Positions 8,154-17,836 of a stretch of 32,000 bases of DNA are shown here, piece by piece. The notes below the pieces were generated by a model that had not been told where the DNA came from, did not search any database, and was given only the letters and a program-made list of their open reading frames with translations. The number at the start of each line of letters is the position of its first letter. Position 1 is the first letter of the stretch. This stretch comes from Candidatus Thorarchaeota archaeon (lineage in GTDB: Archaea; Asgardarchaeota; Heimdallarchaeia; Hodarchaeales; Hodarchaeaceae): the NCBI GenBank assembly GCA_048882505.1, contig JBHLRO010000012.1, positions 1-32,000 on the forward strand. The letters run 5' to 3'. The translations under genes and the position numbers were made by a program.

Positions 8154-9518
8154 CTAATCGATCCTTTGCCTCCTTTTTTTACCGAATATTGACAAAATAA
8201 CCAGACTGAAAAATGGAAGGAGTACACCAAATCTACTCCACAGGATTGGCCGTGTTGTGGACGGTGTAGTTGTTGGAGTAGTCAATGCAGTAGAAAAAAG
8301 GTGGCTTTTCATAATTCCAAAAATAGCTGTGTTATCGATATTCATATCATTTAAATGGGATAAAACTGTCCCGAATCCGTACAAAGGTACCACTTGGCCC
8401 GTATGACCAGTGGTACTCCAAGTTACGCTCACATTTGCAACTCTAGCCAATCTAAGGGCCTTATTCTGTGTGTAAGTTCTCGTAACAGAAGGGAGAGAGT
8501 CGTTCAAAGTGTTACCCTCAATCGAAAAACCTCCTGTCTCATGATCAGCTGTTACGAGCAATAAGATCTCATGGTTCGGGTGCGATTCAATAAATGTTGT
8601 TGCTACGTCCACAGCATGGTCAAATTCGATTGTTTCCAATGCCGTGTCAAATTTGTTGTTAACATGTGCCCCCCAATCGATTTTTCCCCCTTCCACCAGC
8701 AGGAAAAATCCATTTTCATCTCGACTCAGAAGCTCCAGAGATTTGTTGGTCATTTCAGAAAGACTTGGAGTGACATCGGGATCACGATTCTGTTCATAAG
8801 ATATCGAATTTGGCGAGAACAATCCAAGAACCTTGCCAGTGTTTACTGCTGCAAGTTGAGTTCGATTGGAAACATAAGTATATCCCTCCTGTTCCATCTT
8901 CATAAGAGTGACGGAGGAAAACGCACTACTACCGCCTCCTAGAAATAGATCTATACTACTTTGGTTCGATAACTGGTTGACAATTTCACTCGTGTTCGAT
9001 CGAGATCTAACATGGCTGTAAAACGCCGCTGGGGTTGCATGAAATATTTCAGTCGTTGTAATTAGCCCTGTTGATAGGTTTCGCTCGTTGGCGATTTCTA
9101 AAATGGTTTTAAGTGTTTGGCCATTTTCTAAATATGATAACATGCCGTTATTGGTCTTACTGCCAGTTGCGATAGCTGTTGCCGCTGCTGCACTATCGGT
9201 AACTGGAGAATTGGCACTTTGAGTCGATACTTCGAGATGTATTGGTAATTTTTCCATATTAAGAGTACCGTTCACTCCTTTTTCGATCCAACGAGCCAAC
9301 TGAACATGTTGGAATCCCATCCCATCTCCAATCATAAGAACTACGGATAGAGGTTTAGAATCTCGCTCGGAGACTAGATTGTGGTTTTGGATCTCTCTTC
9401 CTTGTGATATTTCAAAAGACAATAGAAGTAATCCAATGATTACCAGCCAAAACGTTTTTCTGAGTAAAATTCCCTTTTCTGCACACATAAGGGGCACCTT
9501 CGTTAAGAGACGACTCAA
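8154..9518 (-). CDS. phoA: Alkaline phosphatase (PhoA family), secreted with a C-terminal membrane anchor
   Basis: LMIGDGMG, VTDSAAAATA (phosphoserine site), HATPAAF, VEGGKIDWGAH, TADHETGG and final HTG metal ligands. N-terminal hydrophobic signal; C-terminal Thr/Pro linker, TM helix and KKRR tail. The true start may be a later codon. Confidence 0.93.
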   Translation of the reverse strand: MSRLLTKVPLMCAEKGILLRKTFWLVIIGLLLLSFEISQGREIQNHNLVSERDSKPLSVVLMIGDGMGFQHVQLARWIEKGVNGTLNMEKLPIHLEVSTQSANSPVTDSAAAATAIATGSKTNNGMLSYLENGQTLKTILEIANERNLSTGLITTTEIFHATPAAFYSHVRSRSNTSEIVNQLSNQSSIDLFLGGGSSAFSSVTLMKMEQEGYTYVSNRTQLAAVNTGKVLGLFSPNSISYEQNRDPDVTPSLSEMTNKSLELLSRDENGFFLLVEGGKIDWGAHVNNKFDTALETIEFDHAVDVATTFIESHPNHEILLLVTADHETGGFSIEGNTLNDSLPSVTRTYTQNKALRLARVANVSVTWSTTGHTGQVVPLYGFGTVLSHLNDMNIDNTAIFGIMKSHLFSTALTTPTTTPSTTRPILWSRFGVLLPFFSLVILSIFGKKRRQRID

Positions 9519-9593
9519 TGTAAAGCAATCGACCTTTACTATATCATTACGTAACCTAGTTCTTAGTTCCAGTGAAAAAACAAAAGAATTCGT

Positions 9594-10460
9594 TTAGTGA
9601 TAGGAGGGTATAATATCCCGGGCGAATGCACCGAGATTTTCAAAAAATCTATCATCGTGGGGTAAAGAAACCAAAAAATGATCCATGCCAGCATCTCTAG
9701 CAATATCGATTCGTTTGGAATAGTCTGTAATATTGAAAGGACTTCTTAAAAACCGTCCCCCCATGGATCCACCCATAAATTCAATATGCTTCTCCCGCCT
9801 AAATTGCCTTGCTGCATTAATTACGATTTGCCTTCGTTCATCTGGATAATCAGAAGCTTGAAACGGGGGGATGAAACAAATGTCGGCGTATTTTCCTGCC
9901 AGTTTCAACATCCTATCTCCCCAGCCACCAAACAACAGCTTAGGATATGGTTTTTGGAGGGGTTTAGGTTCGATAATTGCGCCTAGAGCTCTGTAATACT
10001 CTCCTTCAAATGTCACTTTGCCTTGTGTCCAAAGTTGGATCATAAGTTCTAGCCCCTCTTCCGTTTTATCTACTCTTACTCGTGGTTCGTCCCATACACT
10101 AAATCCTTCGAATTCAACCTGGGACCATCCCGCTCCGACACCCAGAATAACACGTCCACTTGATAAAATATCAAGAGTTGAAACCATTTTCGCTAGCATG
10201 CCCGGATGTCGAAAGGGAATAGGTGTTACAAGAGTACCAAGATGGCTTTGTTCAGTTTGGGCTAAAAGATGGGTTAAGGTAATCCAAGATTCCATTGTCT
10301 CATTATTATCGGGACGTTTGAGCCATTCGGGAGTTCCCCACATGTAATGATCCGGGATTAAAGCTCCATCGAAGTTTAGCTTATCTGCTTCTAGAACTGC
10401 TTGGTTTATTAATTCGAAATCACTGTACCAATTGCCTAATCCAGCGAGATAGAATTTCAT
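9594..10460 (-). CDS. LLM-class (luciferase-like) flavin/F420-dependent oxidoreductase
   Basis: PDHYM, ESWITL, GTLVTPIPFRHP, GRVILGVGAGW and PKPLQKPYP motifs typical of the LLM family. Confidence 0.9.
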   Translation of the reverse strand: MKFYLAGLGNWYSDFELINQAVLEADKLNFDGALIPDHYMWGTPEWLKRPDNNETMESWITLTHLLAQTEQSHLGTLVTPIPFRHPGMLAKMVSTLDILSSGRVILGVGAGWSQVEFEGFSVWDEPRVRVDKTEEGLELMIQLWTQGKVTFEGEYYRALGAIIEPKPLQKPYPKLLFGGWGDRMLKLAGKYADICFIPPFQASDYPDERRQIVINAARQFRREKHIEFMGGSMGGRFLRSPFNITDYSKRIDIARDAGMDHFLVSLPHDDRFFENLGAFARDIIPSYH

Positions 10461-10613
10461 TCTTTTAAACTCCTTTAGGAACTCATTGGCTCTTCAAGAT
10501 AAAAAAAGCTCTGATAAGAATAGGGCAAGCAAACTAATATAACCGGCCAATCCCCCTAGAAAATTGAAACCAACCAATAATCATATTGAAAGAATGCTCA
10601 GATCTTTGATAAT

Positions 10614-10621
10614 GAGGAGGT
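10614..10621 (+). promoter_or_regulatory. Shine-Dalgarno-like site GAGGAGGT supporting the TTG start at 10629
   Basis: GAGGAGGT ends 7 nt before the TTG at 10629. Confidence 0.5.
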
Positions 10622-10628
10622 AAATTAT

Positions 10629-11669
10629 TTGTCTAGATTAATGAATCAACAATGGCGGCTGGCGGCTCACCCAGAAGGATTAGTAAAATCGTCTGATTTT
10701 GAATGGAACGAAGAACCCGTTCCCGATTTGTCAATGAATAAGATTCTGATCAGGGTCATTTATCTCTCTATTGATCCCACCATCAGAGGATGGATGAGAC
10801 CAGAACGAACCTATATGTCTCCGATAAAAATTGGCACTGTTATCCGAGGGATTGGACTTGGAATTGTCGAAGCGAGCAAAAATTCAAAATTTCAGAAAGG
10901 GGACATTGTAACAGGGCTATTGGGATGGCAACGTTATCTTGTGAGTGACGGGAAAGGTTGGCTATCAAAAATTGAAAGATTAGAGAATGTTTCTCTTACC
11001 GCCTTTCTAAATCCCTTTGGTATGATCGGATTGACGGCATACTTCGGTCTGCTTGAAATTGGCAAACCAAAGGAAAGAGAAGTTCTTGTCGTTTCGGCAG
11101 GAGCAGGGGCAGTGGGTTCATTGGTAGGTCAGATAGGTAAGATCAAGGGCTGCAAAGTAATCGGGATTGCAGGATCAGAGGAGAAATGCAGATGGATTAC
11201 GGAAAAACTTGGGTTTGATGGAGCTGTCAATTACAAGGCTGAATCTGTACGTAAACGTTTACGAGAACTATGCCCTGACGGAATTGACATATTCTTTGAT
11301 AATGTAGGAGGTTCTATACTAGATTCAGCCCTTGCTAATCTTGGTAAAAATGCGCGAATCGTCATCTGTGGGTTCATATCGCAGTATAATGATAAAAAAC
11401 CCCGCTTCGAATTGACTTGCTTTGGAAACGTGCTGTTTAAGCGAGCCACAATGAGAGGGTTTATAGTTTCGGATTATTTCGAACGAACAGGCAAGGCCCT
11501 GGCGGATCTTCAGAGGTGGTATAGGGAAGGAAGGCTTCAATATAGAGAAGAGGTAATTATCGGATTGAAAAACGCTCCTCAGGCCCTTGCAAAGCTATTC
11601 GAGGGATCTAATCGAGGTAAGATGATTGTCAAAGTATCTGACGACACCGTAGAAAGTAATAAAACTTAA
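10629..11669 (+). CDS. NADP-dependent oxidoreductase, MDR superfamily (prostaglandin reductase/CurA-like)
   Basis: YLSIDPTIRGWM, GMIGLTAYFGL, VSAGAGAVGSLVGQIGK, GIDIFFDNVGG, CGFISQYN and NRGKMIV motifs. Confidence 0.93.
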   Translation: MSRLMNQQWRLAAHPEGLVKSSDFEWNEEPVPDLSMNKILIRVIYLSIDPTIRGWMRPERTYMSPIKIGTVIRGIGLGIVEASKNSKFQKGDIVTGLLGWQRYLVSDGKGWLSKIERLENVSLTAFLNPFGMIGLTAYFGLLEIGKPKEREVLVVSAGAGAVGSLVGQIGKIKGCKVIGIAGSEEKCRWITEKLGFDGAVNYKAESVRKRLRELCPDGIDIFFDNVGGSILDSALANLGKNARIVICGFISQYNDKKPRFELTCFGNVLFKRATMRGFIVSDYFERTGKALADLQRWYREGRLQYREEVIIGLKNAPQALAKLFEGSNRGKMIVKVSDDTVESNKT

Positions 11670-13438
11670 GCTAGACCTTCAGTTGCATGGATCGCATTTG
11701 AAACAGCATCGTACAGGGTATTGTATTCCCGTCGTAGTTGAAATAATAAACTGTTTCTCTGTTCATCGGTTGGTTCAAATGCGTTAATCTGATTAAGTAC
11801 AGAAGTCACTCGAGGCAAGGGCAAGGTTAGGTTACTGGATCCGTATGGGTCATGCCTGTATTTTCCAGAGATACTCCGAAAAGCTGGATTCAACGTCGTC
11901 CCAAGGCGTAAAATGACCTTATTAACCATACTAATTTGCCTCCTCTCGTTAGCTTTTATGTCAAGGCTTTCATCTGTGGGCAGGGTAGAAATAATTTCAC
12001 GTAGTTCGCTAGTGTTTTGAAGCAAGGTTCCTAATTTCCTCTTGACTAGTGAAAGCAACTCAGGAAATGGATTTGATGGATACCTTTTTTGGACTAATTC
12101 TACTTCTTTGATTAGGTATGAAGTATAAGCCTCATAATTCCAGGGAATCACGGGCATCGTTACTAGCTGGCGAACGTATTCGAAATACAGCTTTGCATGG
12201 AGCTCAAGAAGCTCTGGGTCAAGTTTATCCCATGTGTCTTCTTCACTATGATACCACCATCCGAAAATTGCGTTCCCATGCCTTTCTAGTTCTTGCTGTG
12301 GGTATGTAGCGAAAGTGAAGATATAGGGTATACCAATCCCTAAGAATGAATTATCCCCTATCTTAAGAGGAAGTTTTTTAGCAGAGACTTGTCCGAGCAG
12401 TTCTTTCTCGATTTCCTCGAGAAACGACCAAGTCTCGGGAGACGAATAAGAAACAAAATCGCTGGTTCCGATCATTCCGCACCCGTCAATGTTAACGTAC
12501 CCTAATCCGCGGTTGGAGAGCTCTGGCCAGTAGTGGTCAACAAACCATCCTGACCCAGCAGCCTCTCCTATCTCATGGCCATCCCAAAAGGACATTATAA
12601 CCTCACGTTTGATATTGTCTCTGGCATCACTTAGAGCCCGTGCAATTTCCATGACGATAGCATTTCCAGCGGAATTATCAGTAGCTGTTCCCCCCCATGC
12701 TTCAAGATGAGCTCCAACCACCAGCAGCCCGTCATATTTTAGGTTGGTTGGGGATATTCTACACGTAGGTTGATGTGAGGTAACCCATTTTTCTTTTACC
12801 TCGCATTTCAGGTTGCAGGTAATTTGTTGCGTTTTAAGTATCGATTTTAGTTCTTCAGCGTCTTTACGCGCAATATTTACAGACGTAATTCGAGGGATAA
12901 GAGGAACATCCTCAGGAACGAGTGGACCCCACCGATGTTTGATCGCTCCTCTTCCTACAACTTGATTATCTTCTTGGCCCCAATTGGAAAGGATCATTGC
13001 ATTTACCCCCTTAGTTAGGGCAATCCAGGCCTTTTCTGGTCGAGGTGGCGCATAGGATAAATCTGCAAGTATTATCTTATCTCTTACATCCTTATTTTCA
13101 TATTCGGTACTACCACCCGAACCAACATAAACGAGCTCTCCTCTAATACCTTCAGGAGGACTAGGTCTTGAATAACCATTGGGAAAACTTTTTACATTCT
13201 TCTTAATGGGAGTTATGATCGAAAGATCTGATGAAATGGGAAAACTAGTATAAATCGGAAACTGATCTATCCAAGCTTTGATACCTGTAAAATTATCCAA
13301 GAATTTGCTAATGTACCTACTGGCGTTTTTTATTTGCTCTGTTCCTGCAATCCTATTCTCGTACTTCATTAGTTCTTGGATGATGATTAAAATATCTTCA
13401 AGCTTGGGATCAATTTTTTCAGTTAACATTTCCACCAC
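11666..13438 (-). CDS. M28-family metallohydrolase with PA domain, cytoplasmic, non-canonical active site
   Basis: PA insert (GELVYVGSG...DVRDKIIL), then GAHLEAW, TDNSAG, FWDGHEIG, YVNIDG and YHSEEDT corresponding to the M28 ligand motifs. No signal peptide. Confidence 0.85.
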   Translation of the reverse strand: MVEMLTEKIDPKLEDILIIIQELMKYENRIAGTEQIKNASRYISKFLDNFTGIKAWIDQFPIYTSFPISSDLSIITPIKKNVKSFPNGYSRPSPPEGIRGELVYVGSGGSTEYENKDVRDKIILADLSYAPPRPEKAWIALTKGVNAMILSNWGQEDNQVVGRGAIKHRWGPLVPEDVPLIPRITSVNIARKDAEELKSILKTQQITCNLKCEVKEKWVTSHQPTCRISPTNLKYDGLLVVGAHLEAWGGTATDNSAGNAIVMEIARALSDARDNIKREVIMSFWDGHEIGEAAGSGWFVDHYWPELSNRGLGYVNIDGCGMIGTSDFVSYSSPETWSFLEEIEKELLGQVSAKKLPLKIGDNSFLGIGIPYIFTFATYPQQELERHGNAIFGWWYHSEEDTWDKLDPELLELHAKLYFEYVRQLVTMPVIPWNYEAYTSYLIKEVELVQKRYPSNPFPELLSLVKRKLGTLLQNTSELREIISTLPTDESLDIKANERRQISMVNKVILRLGTTLNPAFRSISGKYRHDPYGSSNLTLPLPRVTSVLNQINAFEPTDEQRNSLLFQLRREYNTLYDAVSNAIHATEGLA

Positions 13439-13530
13439 ACATCTTTTGGGTAGTGTTTGTCTCCTTGGGTTAATTTTCGATGCACTTACAAAATATTAGA
13501 TTTGCGCGCTTTTTGATGAAGGCAGAATGA

Positions 13531-15966
13531 TCATGCTTCTGGTCCAGGGGGACGGCCGTGGAATACAATAGTAGTACAGCTGATTTTACGAGCTAGTTTG
13601 ACGGAGGGCCGGGGGGTTAGTCTAGGCCGCCCATAGCCTAGAACAAGGCAATCCAGGTTGTCTTGTATTACAATTTCTCCGATGCTTCTCACAAAATCGT
13701 GCCCAAGGACGTGTCGTTGTTGAATGGGAATTCCCATTCTTAGAGCCTCGCCAATATTGTGTAAAAATATCGCAATGTCTTCACGGACCCCAGGCGCTTC
13801 GGATAAAGCTCTGGGTGTCATCAAATTAGGAACTTCGGTCCAATGATAAGCTACGAGGTCAGCCAGCCGTGTCGATGATACAATAGCTATTCCAAGCTGA
13901 AGTAGAAGTAAATCCCGTGCAGTACCGGGTATGAGGGCTCCGACATGTTCGAAGGTCAATTTTTCTCCCCATGTTTCCTCTTTTCCAGGAAAAACCTGCA
14001 AACCTGGGATGGGCATTTTACGAATTGCATTTTTAGAGATGGATACTTCCCAGAATTTGCGTCTCCGATTCGAAGGGAGAATTGCCAATTGGTAATTTCC
14101 AGTGCTTCCAACCTCGATCAGATGTTGAATTATGTCTCTGGGAGAGGGATTGTCTCGATTCGGGGAAACGATTTTTAGTTCATGCGCAACGCCAAACAGC
14201 TTAAATTGATCAACGAAGGAGGTAAAACTGTCCTCTGGTTCAGAGCCATAATGATAGAGAGTTACTCTTACTCCATATTCATGTGCAAGGTGAATAGCGA
14301 TTCTTATAGCGTCCCACTCAAATGGTTTTCCCCTTAAGGGGACAAGAATATTTTCCAAAACCGTTGTGAAGAATTGCTCTGGGAGATGTTCCAAACGTGG
14401 ACGGGCATGCTTTTCCAACTTTGAGGGAAGACGTGTGACCGTCCGGTATTTTGAATAGCCGAGATATACGACCAATCCAGTAAGCAACCAAATCCCAGTA
14501 ACTAATGATGCTTCAATATGGATTGAAAGAGTAAATAAGAACAGGATAACCAGTGCTCCAGCTCCCAATATTGGAATCAATGGGAAGAATGGTGTCTGAT
14601 ATCCGTAATCGAGCTGAGTATTGCTTACTCGGATCTTTCGGCGGATTACTACAGCGGCAATTAGGACCTGGAGGAATAGCAGCATGAACATCAAATCGGC
14701 AGCGGCTGCGACAGCTTCAATTGGAATCGCAATGGCCATTAGAATCACCACAAGGCCCGTTATTCTAATGGAAACAACTGGGGTTCGACGTTTATCCGAT
14801 ACAGAAGCAAAATTTGTAGGCAATGAACCATCGCGGCCTAAAGCGAAGGCCACACGGGTCGAAGAATAGAGAGCGGCATTCAAAGCGGACAGAGTGGACA
14901 AAATTCCTCCTATAAGAATAACAAGAAGGCCAAGTCCTGGAACCATCTGTTCTGCTGCAAAAAGAAGCCCTAATTCCTCATGTTCGGCAAGGAATTCCCA
15001 TGTTGCTTGGCCCTCGGCTGCGAATGCTCCCAATGAAACCGCTCCTACCAACAAGTAGATAGGAATAACCAGAAGTACAGAAAGAATCACGGATTTGGGA
15101 ATACTAACTTTGGGATCGTAAATCTCCTCCCCCGTCTGAGTAACAACTTCATAACCTTCAAAGGCAATGAAAGTAAAGCCCATCGCCACAAAAATTGAAA
15201 AAAAACCTTGAGGAAAGAAATCAACGAAATTAGAAGTGGTTTGAACTGGATTCCCAATCATTATCAAGATACCCGTTACAATAAAAAAACCTAGGATAAG
15301 AATTTTTGCCCCAGAAATCCATGTTTCAGCTTTTCCCATTATGGAGGATCCACCAATGTTGATCGCCAAAAACGCAAGAATTGCCATCACTGCTATCAGT
15401 TTACTAATGATTGAAATCCATTCTATTGGAATATGCATACCTATGCCGTCCAAAAGAGCAATTATGTAAGCAGAAAACCCCAATGCATAGAGCGAGCCCG
15501 CAACAGCTGCTGCGAACCAACTCATCCAACCAGAGAAGAAACCTTGTGTTTCTCCGAGACCAGCTCTGGCCCATACATAGCCACCGCCGGCTTCAGGCAT
15601 GGCAGATCCTAATTCAGCATAAACCATTGCAATTAGCGTTGCAATAAGACCATTAAAGGCAAATGCAACGAGTAGGCCTGGACCCGCAATTCCAGCAGCA
15701 ATTCCCGTCAATACAAAGATCCCAGCTCCTATCATTGCTCCCACTCCAGTCATTGTCGCCTGTGTAACAGTCATATCGCGTGAAAGATCAGCACCTGACA
15801 GAACCGCGTCCGCCCCTTTACTATCAGTCCCAATAATAAAGCGCTTTCGACCATAAAAAACCACTTGAATTAATGAATAAATAGTTAGAGCGATTACAAT
15901 GAAAAAAGCTAATCCAATTAGAAGTAAGCCGATTAAAAGGTCATCGACAGTAAATAATGTCGTCAT
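13531..15966 (-). CDS. APC-superfamily amino acid permease fused to two C-terminal USP-like domains
   Basis: GAMIGAGIF (TM1), YAELGSAMPEAGGGY, FIAFEGYE and EEIYDPKVSIPKS, with about 12 hydrophobic segments. The soluble tail has two USP-like beta/alpha units (ILVPLRG..., DCLVLGY...SVKLARKISCTTIVFH). One extra N-terminal TM helix. Confidence 0.9.
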   Translation of the reverse strand: MTTLFTVDDLLIGLLLIGLAFFIVIALTIYSLIQVVFYGRKRFIIGTDSKGADAVLSGADLSRDMTVTQATMTGVGAMIGAGIFVLTGIAAGIAGPGLLVAFAFNGLIATLIAMVYAELGSAMPEAGGGYVWARAGLGETQGFFSGWMSWFAAAVAGSLYALGFSAYIIALLDGIGMHIPIEWISIISKLIAVMAILAFLAINIGGSSIMGKAETWISGAKILILGFFIVTGILIMIGNPVQTTSNFVDFFPQGFFSIFVAMGFTFIAFEGYEVVTQTGEEIYDPKVSIPKSVILSVLLVIPIYLLVGAVSLGAFAAEGQATWEFLAEHEELGLLFAAEQMVPGLGLLVILIGGILSTLSALNAALYSSTRVAFALGRDGSLPTNFASVSDKRRTPVVSIRITGLVVILMAIAIPIEAVAAAADLMFMLLFLQVLIAAVVIRRKIRVSNTQLDYGYQTPFFPLIPILGAGALVILFLFTLSIHIEASLVTGIWLLTGLVVYLGYSKYRTVTRLPSKLEKHARPRLEHLPEQFFTTVLENILVPLRGKPFEWDAIRIAIHLAHEYGVRVTLYHYGSEPEDSFTSFVDQFKLFGVAHELKIVSPNRDNPSPRDIIQHLIEVGSTGNYQLAILPSNRRRKFWEVSISKNAIRKMPIPGLQVFPGKEETWGEKLTFEHVGALIPGTARDLLLLQLGIAIVSSTRLADLVAYHWTEVPNLMTPRALSEAPGVREDIAIFLHNIGEALRMGIPIQQRHVLGHDFVRSIGEIVIQDNLDCLVLGYGRPRLTPRPSVKLARKISCTTIVFHGRPPGPEA

Positions 15967-16120
15967 TAATTGACTTCCGAGATCAGGGGACTGAAAAATG
16001 TTAGATTATAACAATGAACATATTTTGGGTTTTCTTTCAGTAGAATTTTAAGGATATTAATCAGCCCAAGCTTACATAAGAGGGAGTTTTATTAGATTCT
16101 AAATCAAGGAATGGATACAA

Positions 16121-16456
16121 ATGTCTCAGAAGGAGCCAAAAAGAAAGGTCTCATTTGATGATGTGCCCTCCTATACAATCTCTGGATTTTTTGGGGGCAT
16201 GAATCCAAATGAGGGGAATATCAGCTTCTTTCAGGATAATCTCATCCCTCGGAAGGGTGAACGTCCTGGTCAGATTGTATTAGATACCGTCGAACACAAG
16301 TTCGTGCTTAATATTCGGCTGGCACCGGCCGTCTGGAAACGTATGGCTGCGTGGATGCTTGACCATGTCAAGCGATTTGAACAACAACATGGGGAAATCC
16401 AAATCGGTCCTCAGAAACCACCTGAGGATTCTGATCCCCCGTCGTTTTACGTGTAA
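16121..16456 (+). CDS. Small hypothetical protein, DUF3467-like, with a Pro/acidic tail ending in FYV
   Basis: Clean 111-aa ORF filling the gap between divergent and convergent neighbours. The pattern of beta strands, then IRLAPAVWKRMAAWM helix, then FEQQHGEI resembles DUF3467 as recalled; not verified by search. Confidence 0.75.
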   Translation: MSQKEPKRKVSFDDVPSYTISGFFGGMNPNEGNISFFQDNLIPRKGERPGQIVLDTVEHKFVLNIRLAPAVWKRMAAWMLDHVKRFEQQHGEIQIGPQKPPEDSDPPSFYV

Positions 16457-16501
16457 GACCCGACATTCCCCAAAAGGGTATCCTATAAACTAGGTACTGA
16501 T

Positions 16502-17680
16502 TCATAACTTTTTAACGATGAATAAGTTATCAGAGGACATCATGTGTGTGGTACGACCATGGTGAGTAGATCTGCTAGAGGCGGCTCTGTCATTACTCAA
16601 TTCGACGGGCATGATTGCAGCAAGCTGGTATCCTGTATCTATTAGTTGTTCTGAATACTTCTCAGTATCAGCCTGAGACTTAAATCCTGTCCAGAAGAAA
16701 CCGAAGTTACCATGTTTTAAAACCCTGAAGCATTCTTTCAAAACATCGGCGCTGGTTTTCCAATAAACCCGACCTTTCTCTCCAGTCCAACATAGGACTG
16801 ATTTACTTAATGGTTGTGTTCCTAATAGTTTGGAGATTAGGTCTGATCTTTTAGACTTATGCAGCGATCTTCTTTGGATTTGAATATGCTGATACTCAAT
16901 ATCTTTGTCCTTATATGGGGGACTCCCTATTATTAGATCTACTTCGCTGTCTTGTATTATATCAAGGTTTTGACTAGATGATTGCATAAACTTAGGGATA
17001 TATAGAGGATGTCTAGGAAGATCAGCCATGTTTCGAATCATCTTATTGCATTTTCTCTCGAAAATAGGATGAATGGAAACATTTTGTCCTCCTTTTCTAA
17101 TTTCAAAATCACGTCTACCGACAATCTTTACTGTATGTATTAATGCCAGTTTGAAGAATCGCTGAACATCTTCATCACTAATCCTACTTATCTTTAAGGC
17201 AAGCCCTTCGATCTCTCGGGAAATTTGTGGTCCAAGACACATTTTATCCCCCTCATCGAGAACCCCATTTAATCCCTCCGAAACCATGTTTAGATCTTGG
17301 CATAGGCATATTAATTCTTGATTTAAGCGATGAGGTTTGATATAGGTGGTTTTAACCTTCGAGACAAGAATAGCGAACGGATTAATATCATAACCTATGA
17401 ACCTTCGATTTAGAATCATGGCTTCGAGTCCTGTTGTTCCACCTCCTACAAATGGATCAAGTACAAGATCTCCCTCTAAGGTAAATCGTGAAATCAGTCC
17501 TTGTGGTAGTTTAGCCAAAAATTTAGCAGGATAGCTATAATAGGTGCGCGTTACACCTTGGTCCCGCTCTGGGATAGCTAGTTGTTTAATATCTGACACT
17601 TTTTTGGCATCAAGGAATTTCATTGAACCCATCTGGTTAATCCCCTGGGCAAACCTATAAAATGATTGCATTAGACACAA
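16502..17680 (-). CDS. Orphan amino-DNA methyltransferase (N4-cytosine type, alpha motif order)
   Basis: YSYPAKF, SAM-binding VLDPFVGGGTT, later catalytic SPPY, then ECFRVLK. Real start is probably the ATG at 17632 or 17623. Confidence 0.85.
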   Translation of the reverse strand: MCLMQSFYRFAQGINQMGSMKFLDAKKVSDIKQLAIPERDQGVTRTYYSYPAKFLAKLPQGLISRFTLEGDLVLDPFVGGGTTGLEAMILNRRFIGYDINPFAILVSKVKTTYIKPHRLNQELICLCQDLNMVSEGLNGVLDEGDKMCLGPQISREIEGLALKISRISDEDVQRFFKLALIHTVKIVGRRDFEIRKGGQNVSIHPIFERKCNKMIRNMADLPRHPLYIPKFMQSSSQNLDIIQDSEVDLIIGSPPYKDKDIEYQHIQIQRRSLHKSKRSDLISKLLGTQPLSKSVLCWTGEKGRVYWKTSADVLKECFRVLKHGNFGFFWTGFKSQADTEKYSEQLIDTGYQLAAIMPVELSNDRAASSRSTHHGRTTHMMSSDNLFIVKKL

Positions 17681-17836
17681 TGAGATAGATCTGTTTAGCT
17701 CGCAAGCCTAGGAGAGTCAATGACTATTTCAATAACCTTGTCAATATGACACCCTTTTAGGTTGATAAGTTTTCATCCTTACAGCGTTGTAGATTCCCAC
17801 AAACCGAAAATTGCACATTGTTGGAGGTTTTGTCAA

